64,000 nucleotides of DNA, taken from an uncultured Gammaproteobacteria bacterium. Lineage in GTDB: Bacteria > Patescibacteriota > Microgenomatia > Woykebacterales > RBG-16-39-9b. Made by a program: the position numbers and the translations under genes. The DNA lies in NCBI GenBank assembly GCA_965231125.1, contig OZ246414.1, forward strand, positions 209,739 to 273,738, written 5' to 3'. Shown piece after piece: positions 48,660 to 59,208 of the stretch; within the stretch, counting starts at the first letter, position 1, and every line of letters starts with the position of its first letter. The notes below the pieces were generated by a model, which saw only the letters and a program-made list of their open reading frames with translations, made no database searches and was not told the DNA's origin.

Positions 48660-49571
48660 ATGGATTTTAGTCAATTAATTTCAGAAGCTTTTAACATCAC
48701 TCGTAGAAATCGGGCGCTCTGGATCTTCGGAGCAATATCCGCAATTTTTGGCGCCGGTCCACCCTTCATAAATTTCATCTTTAGTTTTCCTACCAATTTC
48801 GGCACGTCGAGTAACATGAATGACTTTCAAAACTCAATGTCTACGAACTTTGACTTTTTGAAATACATAGATTCATCGGTTTGGGCCACCATTGTAATCG
48901 CCGGATTGATAGCGCTCTTAGCGATAAGTTTCTTTTTTCTCTACGTACAAATTTGGTCCTTTGTTGCTCTTGTAGCGCAGACTCTTGGGTTAACTGAGGG
49001 CAAAAGTGTTAGTTTTAGGCAAGCTTGGCAAATTGGTGAGAAATATTTTTGGAGAGTAGTTGGGGTTTGGTCTATACTCTCTTTAATAGTTTTGCCGCCA
49101 ATTATTCTTTTCATTGCCCTCCCTGTAATGTTTTTTGTAGCTGGATTAAACGTTTTTGCGCTGATAATTGGGGCAATAGAGGTTTTAATTTTTATTGTCG
49201 CATTAATGCTTTACTTGATAGTTGCGAGTATTATGGTTGAATTTAGTGTCCGGAAAATTGTGGATAGTGATACAGGAGTTTTGGAATCTATCAAAGAGAG
49301 TTGGTGGCTTTTTAGAGGAAGTTCCGGTAAAAGTTTTCTCGTTTGGCTGGTGAATGTTGCCCTAGGATTTTTCTTGGGTTTTGCGTTTTTGCTTGCCAGT
49401 GCCGTGTTTTTCTTTATTGGGGTTGCCGCTGTCGCTATTAGTGTTTGGCTCGTCGTATTGCCCATAGTAGGTTTTGTCTTAACAATTATTTTTATTAGTA
49501 TGCTCTGGAGCGTCTTTTCTACTTCTTATTGGACACTCGCTTACAGGCAGTTGTCGAAAGGAACAGAGTAA
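48660..49571 (+). CDS. hypothetical polytopic membrane protein
   Basis: 303 aa, about 6-8 TM, no motif. Confidence 0.55.
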   Translation: MDFSQLISEAFNITRRNRALWIFGAISAIFGAGPPFINFIFSFPTNFGTSSNMNDFQNSMSTNFDFLKYIDSSVWATIVIAGLIALLAISFFFLYVQIWSFVALVAQTLGLTEGKSVSFRQAWQIGEKYFWRVVGVWSILSLIVLPPIILFIALPVMFFVAGLNVFALIIGAIEVLIFIVALMLYLIVASIMVEFSVRKIVDSDTGVLESIKESWWLFRGSSGKSFLVWLVNVALGFFLGFAFLLASAVFFFIGVAAVAISVWLVVLPIVGFVLTIIFISMLWSVFSTSYWTLAYRQLSKGTE

Positions 49572-49572
49572 A

Positions 49573-50124
49573 ATGCAAGATAATGTCCCACCTGTAGTTG
49601 CGCCGGTGCCAAATCAAATGCGACCTCAACCAACTCCACCAGCTTTCCAGGAACAAGTGACTCCTGCCGCTCCTGTTGCTACTGCATCAGTAGCTACAGA
49701 AGTACCTGCGGAGTACGCCAGTTTTTGGCAAAGGTTCGTAGCTTCATTCGTCGATGGGTTATTAATTATTTTTGTGAGTTTCTTTTTAATCTTTATTCTT
49801 GGCGGAATTTTTAAGCCGCTTCGTGAGGGTAGTGGGCTTGCTAATATTTTAGGCTTTCCTATTTTATTAATTGCCTGGGCCTACCATGTTTATATGGTGG
49901 GAAAGTATGGGGCTACTCTTGGTAAAATGGCGGTTCATATAAAGGTTATAGATGAGAATTATCAAATTCCGACTTTTGGCAAGGCAGGGTTAAGAGAAAT
50001 AATTGGGAAGTTTGTCTCTGGCATTATCCCATTATTCATTGGTTACCTCTGGATGTTGTGGGACGATAAGAAGCAGACGGTGCATGATAAAATTGCCAGT
50101 ACGTACGTAGTTAAAGTTAAGTAA
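49573..50124 (+). CDS. RDD-family membrane protein
   Basis: RDD-like pattern (GATLGKMAVHIKVID...R) with a Pro-rich N-terminus. Confidence 0.7.
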   Translation: MQDNVPPVVAPVPNQMRPQPTPPAFQEQVTPAAPVATASVATEVPAEYASFWQRFVASFVDGLLIIFVSFFLIFILGGIFKPLREGSGLANILGFPILLIAWAYHVYMVGKYGATLGKMAVHIKVIDENYQIPTFGKAGLREIIGKFVSGIIPLFIGYLWMLWDDKKQTVHDKIASTYVVKVK

Positions 50125-50248
50125 TTCCTGTTATCTTGCGTTTAGTGCTAGGTAGTCATCGTGAAATTAGCTGCTTGTTTTTCTCCTATAGTTATGTTAC
50201 GGTTTTTATAGTTTTAAAAAAAGGCCTGCCTAGAAGGGGGCATTTTTT

Positions 50249-51280
50249 ATGGATACTAAAAAGTTAGAGGCGATAAAAGCCGCCATGGGAGAGATCGAAA
50301 AACAGTTTGGTAAAGGTTCTATTATGCAGCTAGGGGAGGCAGCGGCTAAAATGGATATCTCCGCGATTCCCACCGGGGCGTTAGGGCTGGATCTTGCTTT
50401 AGGAATTGGTGGTCTTCCCCGGGGAAGAGTTGTGGAAATTTTTGGCCCCGAAGGCGGCGGAAAAACTACTCTTGCTCTTCACGTAATTGCTGAGGCTCAG
50501 AAAAAAGGCGGCGCAGCTGCTTTCGTTGATGCTGAACATGCGCTGGACCCGTCCCGTGCGGAAAAAATCGGCGTCAACATTAAAGACCTTTTAGTTTCTC
50601 AACCGGACACCGGCGAACAAGCGCTAGAAATTGTTGAGACTTTAGTGCGAAGTGGAGCAATTGACGTTGTAGTTGTGGATTCCGTCGCCGCTCTGGTTCC
50701 CCGCGCCGAAGTGGAGGGGGAGATGGGCGATGCCTTTGTTGGAATTCAAGCAAGACTCATGAGTCAGGCAATGCGAAAGCTTGCCTCCGCAATTTCCAAA
50801 TCCAGAACCCTCGCGATTTTTATAAACCAACTTCGAGAAAAAGTTGGTATTATGTTTGGTAACCCGGAAGTGACTCCGGGTGGGCGGGCCTTGAAATTTT
50901 ACTCTTCGGTGCGCATCGACATCCGCAGAATAGAATCTATCACCGACGGCCCAAATGCAATTGGGAACCGGGTCAAGGCAAAAATTGTTAAAAATAAAGT
51001 GGCGCCGCCTTTCCGGGTAGCTGAGTTTGACATAATGTTCGACCGCGGAATTTCTCGAGAAGGGTCCATTGTGGACGCTGCCATTGAGACCGGTGTGGTT
51101 AAAAAAACCGGTGGGTGGTTTTCCTACGCTGGTCAAAACATCGCCCAAGGTAGAGAAGCCGCTAAATCCTACCTCGAAGAGCACGCTAAAGTAGCCGCCG
51201 AAATTGAGAAAAAGGTAAAAGAGGTTTACGCAAAAGGAGTCCCAACAACGCCTCCTAAAGAAGAGTCTGAAGAAGATTAA
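50249..51280 (+). CDS. recA: recombinase RecA
   Basis: GPEGGGKTT Walker A, L1/L2 loop conservation. Confidence 0.97.
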   Translation: MDTKKLEAIKAAMGEIEKQFGKGSIMQLGEAAAKMDISAIPTGALGLDLALGIGGLPRGRVVEIFGPEGGGKTTLALHVIAEAQKKGGAAAFVDAEHALDPSRAEKIGVNIKDLLVSQPDTGEQALEIVETLVRSGAIDVVVVDSVAALVPRAEVEGEMGDAFVGIQARLMSQAMRKLASAISKSRTLAIFINQLREKVGIMFGNPEVTPGGRALKFYSSVRIDIRRIESITDGPNAIGNRVKAKIVKNKVAPPFRVAEFDIMFDRGISREGSIVDAAIETGVVKKTGGWFSYAGQNIAQGREAAKSYLEEHAKVAAEIEKKVKEVYAKGVPTTPPKEESEED

Positions 51281-51316
51281 AGCCGTCCAAGAATAAATCC
51301 CAGACGGCGTTGAAGT

Positions 51317-51727
51317 CTAGTTGGAGTTCCCTTCTGGTACGATAACTTCGGTGGTGCGATCAAGGATGATTGGACGTTCACTAAGCTCGTACCAGTCGGT
51401 CTGCATCCTGTCGCTATCCACTTTTTTGGTTGGACGTGCTTGAACACCATTCACGACTTGGTCTCCAATCAGAAGCCATTGGTTAAGCTCCCCAACCTGT
51501 CTGCAGATATCTCCTCTTTCAAGATCTCCGGCGGTTGGTAGTTGGACGATTTTTTCTACTTTTTCGTGGAGCTTTACACTAGTTAACTCCCCATCTTCAG
51601 TTCGAAAGTTAAACCCATCTCCTTCTGGAACACGTGTCCAGACCTCACCTCCGACTATAATCCGTTCTCGAAGTCCAACTTCGTGGGCCGACACCTTGAC
51701 AGTGGCCATCAAACCAGTTCCAACCAT
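51317..51727 (-). CDS. hypothetical protein
   Basis: 136 aa on the strand opposite recA/recX, GC slightly elevated (about 47%). Confidence 0.45.
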   Translation of the reverse strand: MVGTGLMATVKVSAHEVGLRERIIVGGEVWTRVPEGDGFNFRTEDGELTSVKLHEKVEKIVQLPTAGDLERGDICRQVGELNQWLLIGDQVVNGVQARPTKKVDSDRMQTDWYELSERPIILDRTTEVIVPEGNSN

Positions 51728-51821
51728 TGGTTAGATTTCCTTTCTCCTACCGAAGATGTGGACTTTCTGGCCGCTAAGCCAGGCAAAAGTCTACCAAAAT
51801 TGCATGATATAATCAAGCCTA

Positions 51822-52502
51822 ATGAAGATTACCGACATTGTCGCCCAGAAAAAAGATTCTAAGAGAGTAAACGTCTTTCTTGATGGCGAATTTGCTTTTG
51901 GGATAAGCGCCGAGATTCTTTTTGAAAAAAGGCTAAAGATCGGCCAGAGTTTATCCGAAAAAGAAACCGCCTCTATTGTTCAAGCAGATCAGGCTGTCAG
52001 ACTTTTAAATAAAGCGCTGCGATTTTTATCGTACCGGCCTCGAAGCGAAAAAGAAATTCGAGACCATTTGCTACGTAAAGGTAAGCTTAAAGATGTGGAA
52101 AAATCTGACACTGAGAAAGTTGAGTACGAAAAATCGGTCGACGCAGTGATAAAAAAATTAAAAAATCTAGGCCAAATTAACGACAAAGAATTCGCTCTCT
52201 GGTGGGTTGAACAGAGGGGGAAGTTTAGGCCGAGAGGGAAGATGTTGGTAAAGTTGGAGTTGTTACAAAAGGGAGTGGATAAGGAGCTCATTGGAGAATT
52301 AACCCAGGGGACACACGAGACAGGAGCGACAAATGAATTAGAGTTGGCTAAGAAAGTTGCTCTGAAAAAGTCTGTTAGCTACAAAAAATTAGAGCCAGCG
52401 GACTTTAAAATTAAGATGGGGCACTTTTTGGCGAGACGCGGGTTCACTTGGGACGTGATAAAAAAAACCGTTGACAGTTTAGTAGACAAAGGAGTAAAAT
52501 AG
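51822..52502 (+). CDS. recX: recombination regulator RecX
   Basis: Three-helix-repeat RecX pattern in a recA-proximal location. Confidence 0.8.
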   Translation: MKITDIVAQKKDSKRVNVFLDGEFAFGISAEILFEKRLKIGQSLSEKETASIVQADQAVRLLNKALRFLSYRPRSEKEIRDHLLRKGKLKDVEKSDTEKVEYEKSVDAVIKKLKNLGQINDKEFALWWVEQRGKFRPRGKMLVKLELLQKGVDKELIGELTQGTHETGATNELELAKKVALKKSVSYKKLEPADFKIKMGHFLARRGFTWDVIKKTVDSLVDKGVK

Positions 52503-52668
52503 GTATCGAGTTAGTTAGAAGAATTAGATTGACAGGACAATAAATTCCACAATCTAGAGTCTTACTTCTTAACTACTTTTATCCCCGTCTCGCGAGCGGG
52601 CCGAGCCGGACCTGCCCCATTAAAACTTATGAACATTTATCAAGAAAGGTCTAAGGTGAAAATAATTT

Positions 52669-54156
52669 ATGGATCCAGCTTTAATTGCAATGGGAGCCCT
52701 AGTAGTTGGGGCTTTCGTAGGCTTCGCCTATCAAAACTTTGTTAAGTCAAAACTTCCCCAAAAATCTTCTGGAGAAAAACCGTCTGAAGGGACCTCAAAC
52801 GCCCGCGAACTAATCATCGAAGCCAAAGATGAAGCTTACAAAATTAAACGTGAGGCCGAAGAAGAGGCGCGAAAGGTCCGTGAAGAGGTAATAAAATTGG
52901 AAGCTAGAGTCGCCTCAAGAGAAGAGACCATCGAGAAAAAACTTTCCGAGATTGAAACCAAAGAGGCATCTCTGGCGAAGAGAAATGATGAATCCGAAAA
53001 AATTCGAGCTGAACTCGTAACTAAATTAGAAAAAGTTGCTGGTGTTACTAGAGACGAAGCGAAAAAACTAATTGTTGATGCTACTGAATCGCATTTGAAA
53101 GAAGAAGTTGCTCGAAGGATCCGTGAAGCCGAGGAACAAGTTAAAAAGGAAGCCGATGAAAAAGCAAAAAATATTTTGGTAGACGCGATGAAGCATGGTG
53201 CTACCGATTATGTTGCAGAATACACCACCTCCACAGTTAAACTTCCCGATGACGAAATGAAAGGGCGAATTATTGGCAAAGAAGGCCGCAATATAAAGGC
53301 TTTTGAGATAGCCACTGGGGTTGATGTAGATCTTGATGATCCCGGAATTGCCCGACTTTCATCTTTCGACGGGGAGCGGCGTGAAGTCGCCAAGATTTCT
53401 CTTGAGCGGCTAATGGCCGATGGTAGAATCCAGCCAACAAGAATTGAAGAAATTGTCGACCGCGTCAAAAAAGAATTCGAAAAAATCCGCCGCGAAGAAG
53501 GAGAAAAGCTTGCCAACGAGGTGGGCGCTCCGAACCTACCCTTGGAGATACTAGAAACTTTAGGAAGATTCAAGTGGCGCTTTTCTTACGGACAGAACCT
53601 TTGGCTGCACACTTTGGAAGAGACCAAGATTGGTATGGCGATAGCTCGTGAAGTTGGCGCCGACTTGAACATAGTTCGGCTTGGGTGTCTCTTTCACGAT
53701 ATTGGTAAAGTGTTTACCCCAGAGCAGGAAGGTACTCACGTGCAAGTTGGCGCCGACTTTTTAAGAAAATTTAAGATGGACCCGAAAGTAATTGCCTGCG
53801 TTGAGGAACACCATGAAGATAAACCTTTTTCAGCAGTAGAATCTGTTATTGTCTGGATTTCCGATGCAATTTCTGGTTCCCGACCCGGCGCCAGACACGA
53901 AGCAGTTGAGGATTATATAAAACGAGTAACCGAAATTGAAAATGTTGCCAGTTCCTTCCGCGGGGTTGAGAAATCCTTTGCAATCGCAGCTGGCCGGGAA
54001 GTACGGGTAATTGTAATACCGGAGCAAGTTAGCGATGCCGACCTAACAAAACTAGCGCATGACGTTGCGGATAAAATCCATGATTCAATTACATACCCAG
54101 GACAGGTGAAAGTCACAGTAGTTAGGGAAACACGGGCGGAATCCGTCGCTAGATGA
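52669..54156 (+). CDS. rny: ribonuclease Y
   Basis: N-terminal TM, coiled coil, KH domain, HD domain (LFHDIGK). Confidence 0.95.
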   Translation: MDPALIAMGALVVGAFVGFAYQNFVKSKLPQKSSGEKPSEGTSNARELIIEAKDEAYKIKREAEEEARKVREEVIKLEARVASREETIEKKLSEIETKEASLAKRNDESEKIRAELVTKLEKVAGVTRDEAKKLIVDATESHLKEEVARRIREAEEQVKKEADEKAKNILVDAMKHGATDYVAEYTTSTVKLPDDEMKGRIIGKEGRNIKAFEIATGVDVDLDDPGIARLSSFDGERREVAKISLERLMADGRIQPTRIEEIVDRVKKEFEKIRREEGEKLANEVGAPNLPLEILETLGRFKWRFSYGQNLWLHTLEETKIGMAIAREVGADLNIVRLGCLFHDIGKVFTPEQEGTHVQVGADFLRKFKMDPKVIACVEEHHEDKPFSAVESVIVWISDAISGSRPGARHEAVEDYIKRVTEIENVASSFRGVEKSFAIAAGREVRVIVIPEQVSDADLTKLAHDVADKIHDSITYPGQVKVTVVRETRAESVAR

Positions 54157-54323
54157 TGTATTTAGTATTTGGTATATAATATCTGGTATAGAAAAACAGG
54201 AACTATAAAGCCACATACTAAATACAAAACACACAATACAAAATACAATGCGAATTCTTAGCCCACGAAGCCCGCTTTGCGGGGCGAGTGGTCGCAAGAT
54301 TTTCGACACTGATTTAGTTTAGA

Positions 54324-55115
54324 ATGAAAATCTTATTCATAGGTGATATTGTTGCAAAACCTGGTAGGCAAGCAGTAGAAGAAGTCTTACCAGATATAAT
54401 TAAGAAAGAAAAAATCGATCTTTGTGTGGCCAACATTGAAAACCTAACTCACGGTAAAGGCGCCACAGCCGAAAGAGTTGATGACATGAGGGAGGCTGGA
54501 GTCGATATTTTCACTTCGGGAAATCACATTTGGTTCCGCAAGGAGTTTGAAGAGGTCCTTAATAATGATCCAACCGTGATCCGACCAGCAAACTATCCAG
54601 CCGATGCGCCTGGTTTCGGTTTCACCTACGCAACCGTCGGTAAGGAAAAAGTTCTAATTATTAATTTAATTGGTCGGCAGTGGATTGACGAACCGGTGGA
54701 CGAGCCCTACCGGGTTGTCGACGCCTTACTTTTGGATCAAGTCGATAAAGAAAAACCAAGCGCTATACTACTAGATTTTCACGCCGAGGCAACTAGTGAA
54801 AAAAATGCTATGGCTTGGTTCTTGGACGGCAGAATCACGGCTCTCGTTGGGACTCATACGCATATCCCGACCGCAGATTCTTGGGTTTTACCAAAAGGTA
54901 CAGCCTTAGTTACCGATATTGGTATGACGGGAGCATTGCACTCTGTTCTTGGGGTAGACCCTTCCATAATTATCGCTAAACAGAAAGACCCAGCCGCGAT
55001 CAAATTTGAGTGGGTGGAGAAAGGACCAAAGGTTTTTCGTTCGGTTTTGATTGAAACAGATAAAAAAGGGCTTGCTAAATCAATCAAAAGGGTAGATAAA
55101 TTAATAGGAACGTAG
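54324..55115 (+). CDS. ymdB: YmdB-family metallophosphoesterase (2',3'-cyclic-nucleotide phosphodiesterase)
   Basis: MKILFIGDIVAKPGR...GNH...GTHTH motifs; conserved rny-ymdB pairing. Confidence 0.88.
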   Translation: MKILFIGDIVAKPGRQAVEEVLPDIIKKEKIDLCVANIENLTHGKGATAERVDDMREAGVDIFTSGNHIWFRKEFEEVLNNDPTVIRPANYPADAPGFGFTYATVGKEKVLIINLIGRQWIDEPVDEPYRVVDALLLDQVDKEKPSAILLDFHAEATSEKNAMAWFLDGRITALVGTHTHIPTADSWVLPKGTALVTDIGMTGALHSVLGVDPSIIIAKQKDPAAIKFEWVEKGPKVFRSVLIETDKKGLAKSIKRVDKLIGT

Positions 55116-55149
55116 TGACGCAGTATTAGAGCGAAGGGAGGTGTTTTAA

Positions 55150-55422
55150 TTGCTCAAAGCAGATATTGTTGAAAAAGTTGCTAAAGAAGCCCATCTTACC
55201 AAAAAAGCGGCTAAAGAAGCCGTCGATGCCACCTTTAACACGGTAAACACCGCCTTAAAAAAAGGGGAAAAAGTTGTGCTTTCTGGTTTTGGAACATTCA
55301 TCATTCGCGAGAGGAAATCACGAGTCGGCCGGAACCCAAAGACAGGAAGCAGTTTGCAACTTCCCCAAATGAATACTATTGGTTTCATCGCCGCCAAACA
55401 GATGAAAAAATCCGTGCGTTAG
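55150..55422 (+). CDS. hup: HU-family DNA-binding protein
   Basis: Arm motif RERKSRVGRNPKTG; TTG start with a GGGAGGTG RBS. Confidence 0.9.
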   Translation: MLKADIVEKVAKEAHLTKKAAKEAVDATFNTVNTALKKGEKVVLSGFGTFIIRERKSRVGRNPKTGSSLQLPQMNTIGFIAAKQMKKSVR

Positions 55423-55760
55423 GGTGGAAAAGTGTCGTCTAATAACAAGTTGAAACCTTGGGTAGCATCTCCACCGAAGAAAAACCACTATTCTCTACAT
55501 TTTAGTTCAGCTAATTAACAGTCAAAAATTCTGCGTCTTTCAGAATAGTTTATAAGTCCAATATACCAGTATATTGCACCAATTGTATCCAAAGAAAAAC
55601 GACCCTTTTGCCAATCCTTCGTAGCTTTATGCGAAGAATGGATCGAGTCGTTTTCCCTCCTAAGAGAACCTCAAAGAGATTCCCTTGGGTTTTACGAGGA
55701 AGGCTTTGAGGCTTCCTCGGGATGAGATTGTTGCGAGTCTCGCATCCGTGGACTCTGCTC

Positions 55761-56099
55761 TTAAGTTGTTGGGGCTGGTCCTATTCGACTCTCAAGATCG
55801 GGTACTGAGTCGAGTATGGCCTTGATCTGCGCTAGGGCCAGGAGCTGGGGATCGTGAGCGCTGAGCGAGAACGGGCCGCCGCCAATTTTCCTTCTTTCCG
55901 CGATCTGATCATACAAAGTCCTAAGCCGCTTAAGGTACCAGTTGTAGAACTCTTCCTTCGTGATACCCATACCCGTTACTGCGGGGCAGAGTGCTACCGA
56001 AGTTGCCAGACCCTGCAAGATCATGAACTCGTTGGTAGGGTTCTGTGGCGCTTTATTGCTCGCGTCGCTTACTACACGCTCCAATGTCGGTATGCCCAT
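55761..56099 (-). CDS. hypothetical protein, GC-elevated (~52%)
   Basis: 112 aa, no motif; flanked by a hairpin-dense 3' region at 55540..55760. Confidence 0.4.
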   Translation of the reverse strand: MGIPTLERVVSDASNKAPQNPTNEFMILQGLATSVALCPAVTGMGITKEEFYNWYLKRLRTLYDQIAERRKIGGGPFSLSAHDPQLLALAQIKAILDSVPDLESRIGPAPTT

Positions 56100-56192
56100 C
56101 GTTGCTCTCCTTCCTAAAAATAGACAGAATTACTTGCTTCGGAGAGAAATTATAGCAAAGTTAGAAACAATTGTCAACTATAGGATTGTTAC

Positions 56193-57062
56193 TTAAGTAA
56201 CGAAGAAAACTTCTCTTTTGCGTTTGAAGTCGGTGGCTACGTGTTCGGCTTCGCCTTTTAACACCGCTTCGTATTCCTTGCAAAAAATGCAGTTTTCCGA
56301 GTTGTGAGGGAAATTATCCGCAAGCTTGGTTTTTTCCACCGCCAGTGCCCTTTGCTCAACCATTTTTAGTGCCGCGCCTAGATCCTTCATCTGCACCTCT
56401 TTTGGAGCCTTATCTTTATCCAAATACCAGTAACTTGTTTTTCGCACGGGTTTGTTAAGAGTCTCATTCGCCAAAATTGTGTAAATCGGCAGCTGCAACG
56501 AGTCGTCGGCCTCTTCGTGCTGGCCAGTTTTAAAATCGAGAATATGCAAACCGTCTTCATACGGCTCCAACCAATCAAAGTTTCCTACTAAGACGATCTC
56601 TTTTTCGGGGAAAAGCTTTTTCTTCGGAAAGTCGGGAGCTGTCATGGGAGTTTTTCCCGCGAAGTCTTTATTTGCAAAAAAGCGCTCTGCCATCGCCACG
56701 GAGCGGTCTTTAAACTCTTTTTCTTGAGAAGAGGATTTAAACCCGCCAATTTTCCTAGGCTTTAGCAGCCAGCCGCGGGAAAGCTCATACATCAGCTTGT
56801 CTTTATTTCTCTCGGTTGGCGGGTAGCGGTTAACAAAATTATCAATTGCATCGTGAACAATTTCTCCTAACGAAAGGTATGGGTTCGCCACTTGGATACG
56901 AAAATTATTGCCGAAAGCTTTGTCTCGATAGAGGTTGCGCAGAAAGTAAAAGTGCGGACATTTTTCAAAATCGGAAAGTGATGAGTGAGAAATCCAAGTT
57001 GTATTAGGATTATAATCAAAAGCCATAAGAGACAGCTTAACCGACTTATTTGCCTTTTTCAA
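56193..57062 (-). CDS. PD-(D/E)xK nuclease superfamily protein (RecB/Cas4-like fold)
   Basis: ILDFKTGQ...QLPIY motifs plus a C-terminal CIFC. The start is probably ATG 57026 rather than TTG 57062. Confidence 0.6.
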   Translation of the reverse strand: MKKANKSVKLSLMAFDYNPNTTWISHSSLSDFEKCPHFYFLRNLYRDKAFGNNFRIQVANPYLSLGEIVHDAIDNFVNRYPPTERNKDKLMYELSRGWLLKPRKIGGFKSSSQEKEFKDRSVAMAERFFANKDFAGKTPMTAPDFPKKKLFPEKEIVLVGNFDWLEPYEDGLHILDFKTGQHEEADDSLQLPIYTILANETLNKPVRKTSYWYLDKDKAPKEVQMKDLGAALKMVEQRALAVEKTKLADNFPHNSENCIFCKEYEAVLKGEAEHVATDFKRKREVFFVT

Positions 57063-57085
57063 GCTTTAGCCTTAAACTTTATATC

Positions 57086-58366
57086 ATGGATTCCGCCCGA
57101 GATATTATTGACGAAGCCAAAAAAGTTCTCTACGGAAATTTAAAAACCGGGTACTCCACATGGGCCAAAAGCGAATACAAGTACATCAGTCCTTCGCGAG
57201 ACCACTACCACCACCAATGGTTTTGGGATTCTTGCTTTCACGCAATCGTTCTCTCCCATTTTGACATTGAGCTTGCCAAGAATGAGATTCGCTCGCTTCT
57301 TCGCGCCCAGCGGAAAAATGGTTTTATTCCCCACGTAATTTACTGGCGGGAAGGGAGGTTTAGACGGCCAATCGCTGGTCTTGGAGCGCTGTTAGAGTCC
57401 AAACTTTCCCTTGAACCAACATCTACAGAAATGATTCAACCACCTCTCATTGCCCAGGCGGTCGAGGCAATTTACAAGAAAGAAAAAAATCTAAGTTTTC
57501 TAATTGAGGTAGTCCCAAAAATTAGAGAATACTATAAATGGATCGCTGAAAATCGCGATCCGGACAAGGACAACCTAATTTCAATAATTGCCCCGTACGA
57601 ATCCGGCCTGGACCAAAGCCCGGCATTTGATCCAATTCTCGGTGTTGAAAATCGTAATATCTTATTAATAGCTTTGGCTGGCCGGAAGGTTACGTTCAAA
57701 AATTTACTTAGAGACTACTCGCTTGATAAGATTTTTGCCGCCGATTATTTCAATGTTGAGGATGTGTTTGTAAATTCGATTTATATATACAATCTGAAAA
57801 TTATGGCGAACCTACTTCACGAAATTGATGCAGAGGGAGATGCCCGCTGGTTTTTGCAAAAATACCACTTGGCAAAAGAGGCTCTGGTAAAAAAATGTTT
57901 TGATAAGGAAAATAAAATCTTTTTTGACATATATTCAAAAGAAGAAAAAATGTCCAAGATTATTACCATAAAGAGTTTGACGCCACTTATTTTGGATATT
58001 GATGAGAAGATTGTTAAGGCGTTGGTGGCGCGTCATTTGGAAAATACAAATGAATTTAATCTCCCGTACCCACTACCAACCGTTGCTCGAAATGAGCCTT
58101 CGTTTGCGCCGTCGCCTTCGACTATTGCTAAAGAACCGGTTATTTGGCGAGGCCCAACTTGGGTAAACACCAATTGGTATTTAGTTAAAGGTTTAAGGAA
58201 ACACGGTTTTAATGAGTTTGCCCAGACGATCGTCGATCGCACTGTAGAGCTCGTAAAAAGAGGCGGTTTTAGAGAATTTTTTGATCCCTTCACCGGCGAA
58301 GGATATGGCGCCTCATATTTTGGCTGGTCCACCTTAGTTGTTGATATGATGGCAGAACCCGAATGA
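57086..58366 (+). CDS. six-hairpin glycoside hydrolase (GH63/GH15/glycogen-debranching-like)
   Basis: (alpha/alpha)6-type GH pattern. ATG 57086 is preferred over the track start 57050. Confidence 0.6.
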   Translation: MDSARDIIDEAKKVLYGNLKTGYSTWAKSEYKYISPSRDHYHHQWFWDSCFHAIVLSHFDIELAKNEIRSLLRAQRKNGFIPHVIYWREGRFRRPIAGLGALLESKLSLEPTSTEMIQPPLIAQAVEAIYKKEKNLSFLIEVVPKIREYYKWIAENRDPDKDNLISIIAPYESGLDQSPAFDPILGVENRNILLIALAGRKVTFKNLLRDYSLDKIFAADYFNVEDVFVNSIYIYNLKIMANLLHEIDAEGDARWFLQKYHLAKEALVKKCFDKENKIFFDIYSKEEKMSKIITIKSLTPLILDIDEKIVKALVARHLENTNEFNLPYPLPTVARNEPSFAPSPSTIAKEPVIWRGPTWVNTNWYLVKGLRKHGFNEFAQTIVDRTVELVKRGGFREFFDPFTGEGYGASYFGWSTLVVDMMAEPE

Positions 58367-59208
58367 ACCACTATTTAGCGGAGTATTTGGGAGAAAGTTA
58401 TAAAGAGGCTCATATAGACTCGTCTCACGAAGGTTATTCTTGTCGCGCCGTCTTAGTTGGAGAGCGGGTTGCCCCTGTTGTTACAATTGTTCCAGGATTT
58501 AGTTCTGAGATTGAGCAAATGGCTCCTTTCATAAAAAAATTCCGGCTGTCAGGTTACAGCGTTGTCTGTCTTTCACAACCAGGAGCACCGACTTCGGCTC
58601 AGCCTAATCATTTTTACAAACACCAAGGATTTTCTGGTTTTGCTGCTTCGGTTAAAAAAGCACTGGCGCGTTTTGGAATCCCAAAAACTTTTATTTATGC
58701 GTCTTCTACAGGGGCAGCGGCCGCCGCTTCTTTAGCGTCCGAAGAGGCAAGTTTGGTGCAGTCAATTGTTGCCATGAACCCAGCGGCCCTTTTTTCCCAA
58801 TCACCATTTTCGGCCGCCTATGGATCCATCTTTACCTTGTTCGTGGATTGGAGAAGGCACGCTGGCGTTGTTAAGGATGCGCCTCGCCCACCAAAACCAA
58901 AAGTTAATTTCTTAGTTTCAACCTATCGTCACTACTGGGGTTTTTGGAATCTTTCCAAGATTGCGGCGCAAGATTCAACTTTTGAAAATCTAAAAAAAGT
59001 TTCGGCACCGGTACTAATTTTAGTTGGCGAAAAAGACACCCTAGCGCAGTTTGGAAAAATTAAAGAGCGAGTTGAGAATTTTAAAAATGTCCAGGTTTAT
59101 TCAATGGCCGGTTTTTCTCATTCAGACCCGAATTCGGAAGAAAAGATTGAGGAGACTATCGAAAAAGCAGCCTGCTGGTTTGAAAAAAGTGAACCCGCTT
59201 ACCGGTGA
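58363..59208 (+). CDS. alpha/beta-fold hydrolase
   Basis: Nucleophile elbow YASSTG and a C-terminal GFSHSD; ATGA overlap with the GH gene. Confidence 0.6.
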   Translation: MNHYLAEYLGESYKEAHIDSSHEGYSCRAVLVGERVAPVVTIVPGFSSEIEQMAPFIKKFRLSGYSVVCLSQPGAPTSAQPNHFYKHQGFSGFAASVKKALARFGIPKTFIYASSTGAAAAASLASEEASLVQSIVAMNPAALFSQSPFSAAYGSIFTLFVDWRRHAGVVKDAPRPPKPKVNFLVSTYRHYWGFWNLSKIAAQDSTFENLKKVSAPVLILVGEKDTLAQFGKIKERVENFKNVQVYSMAGFSHSDPNSEEKIEETIEKAACWFEKSEPAYR

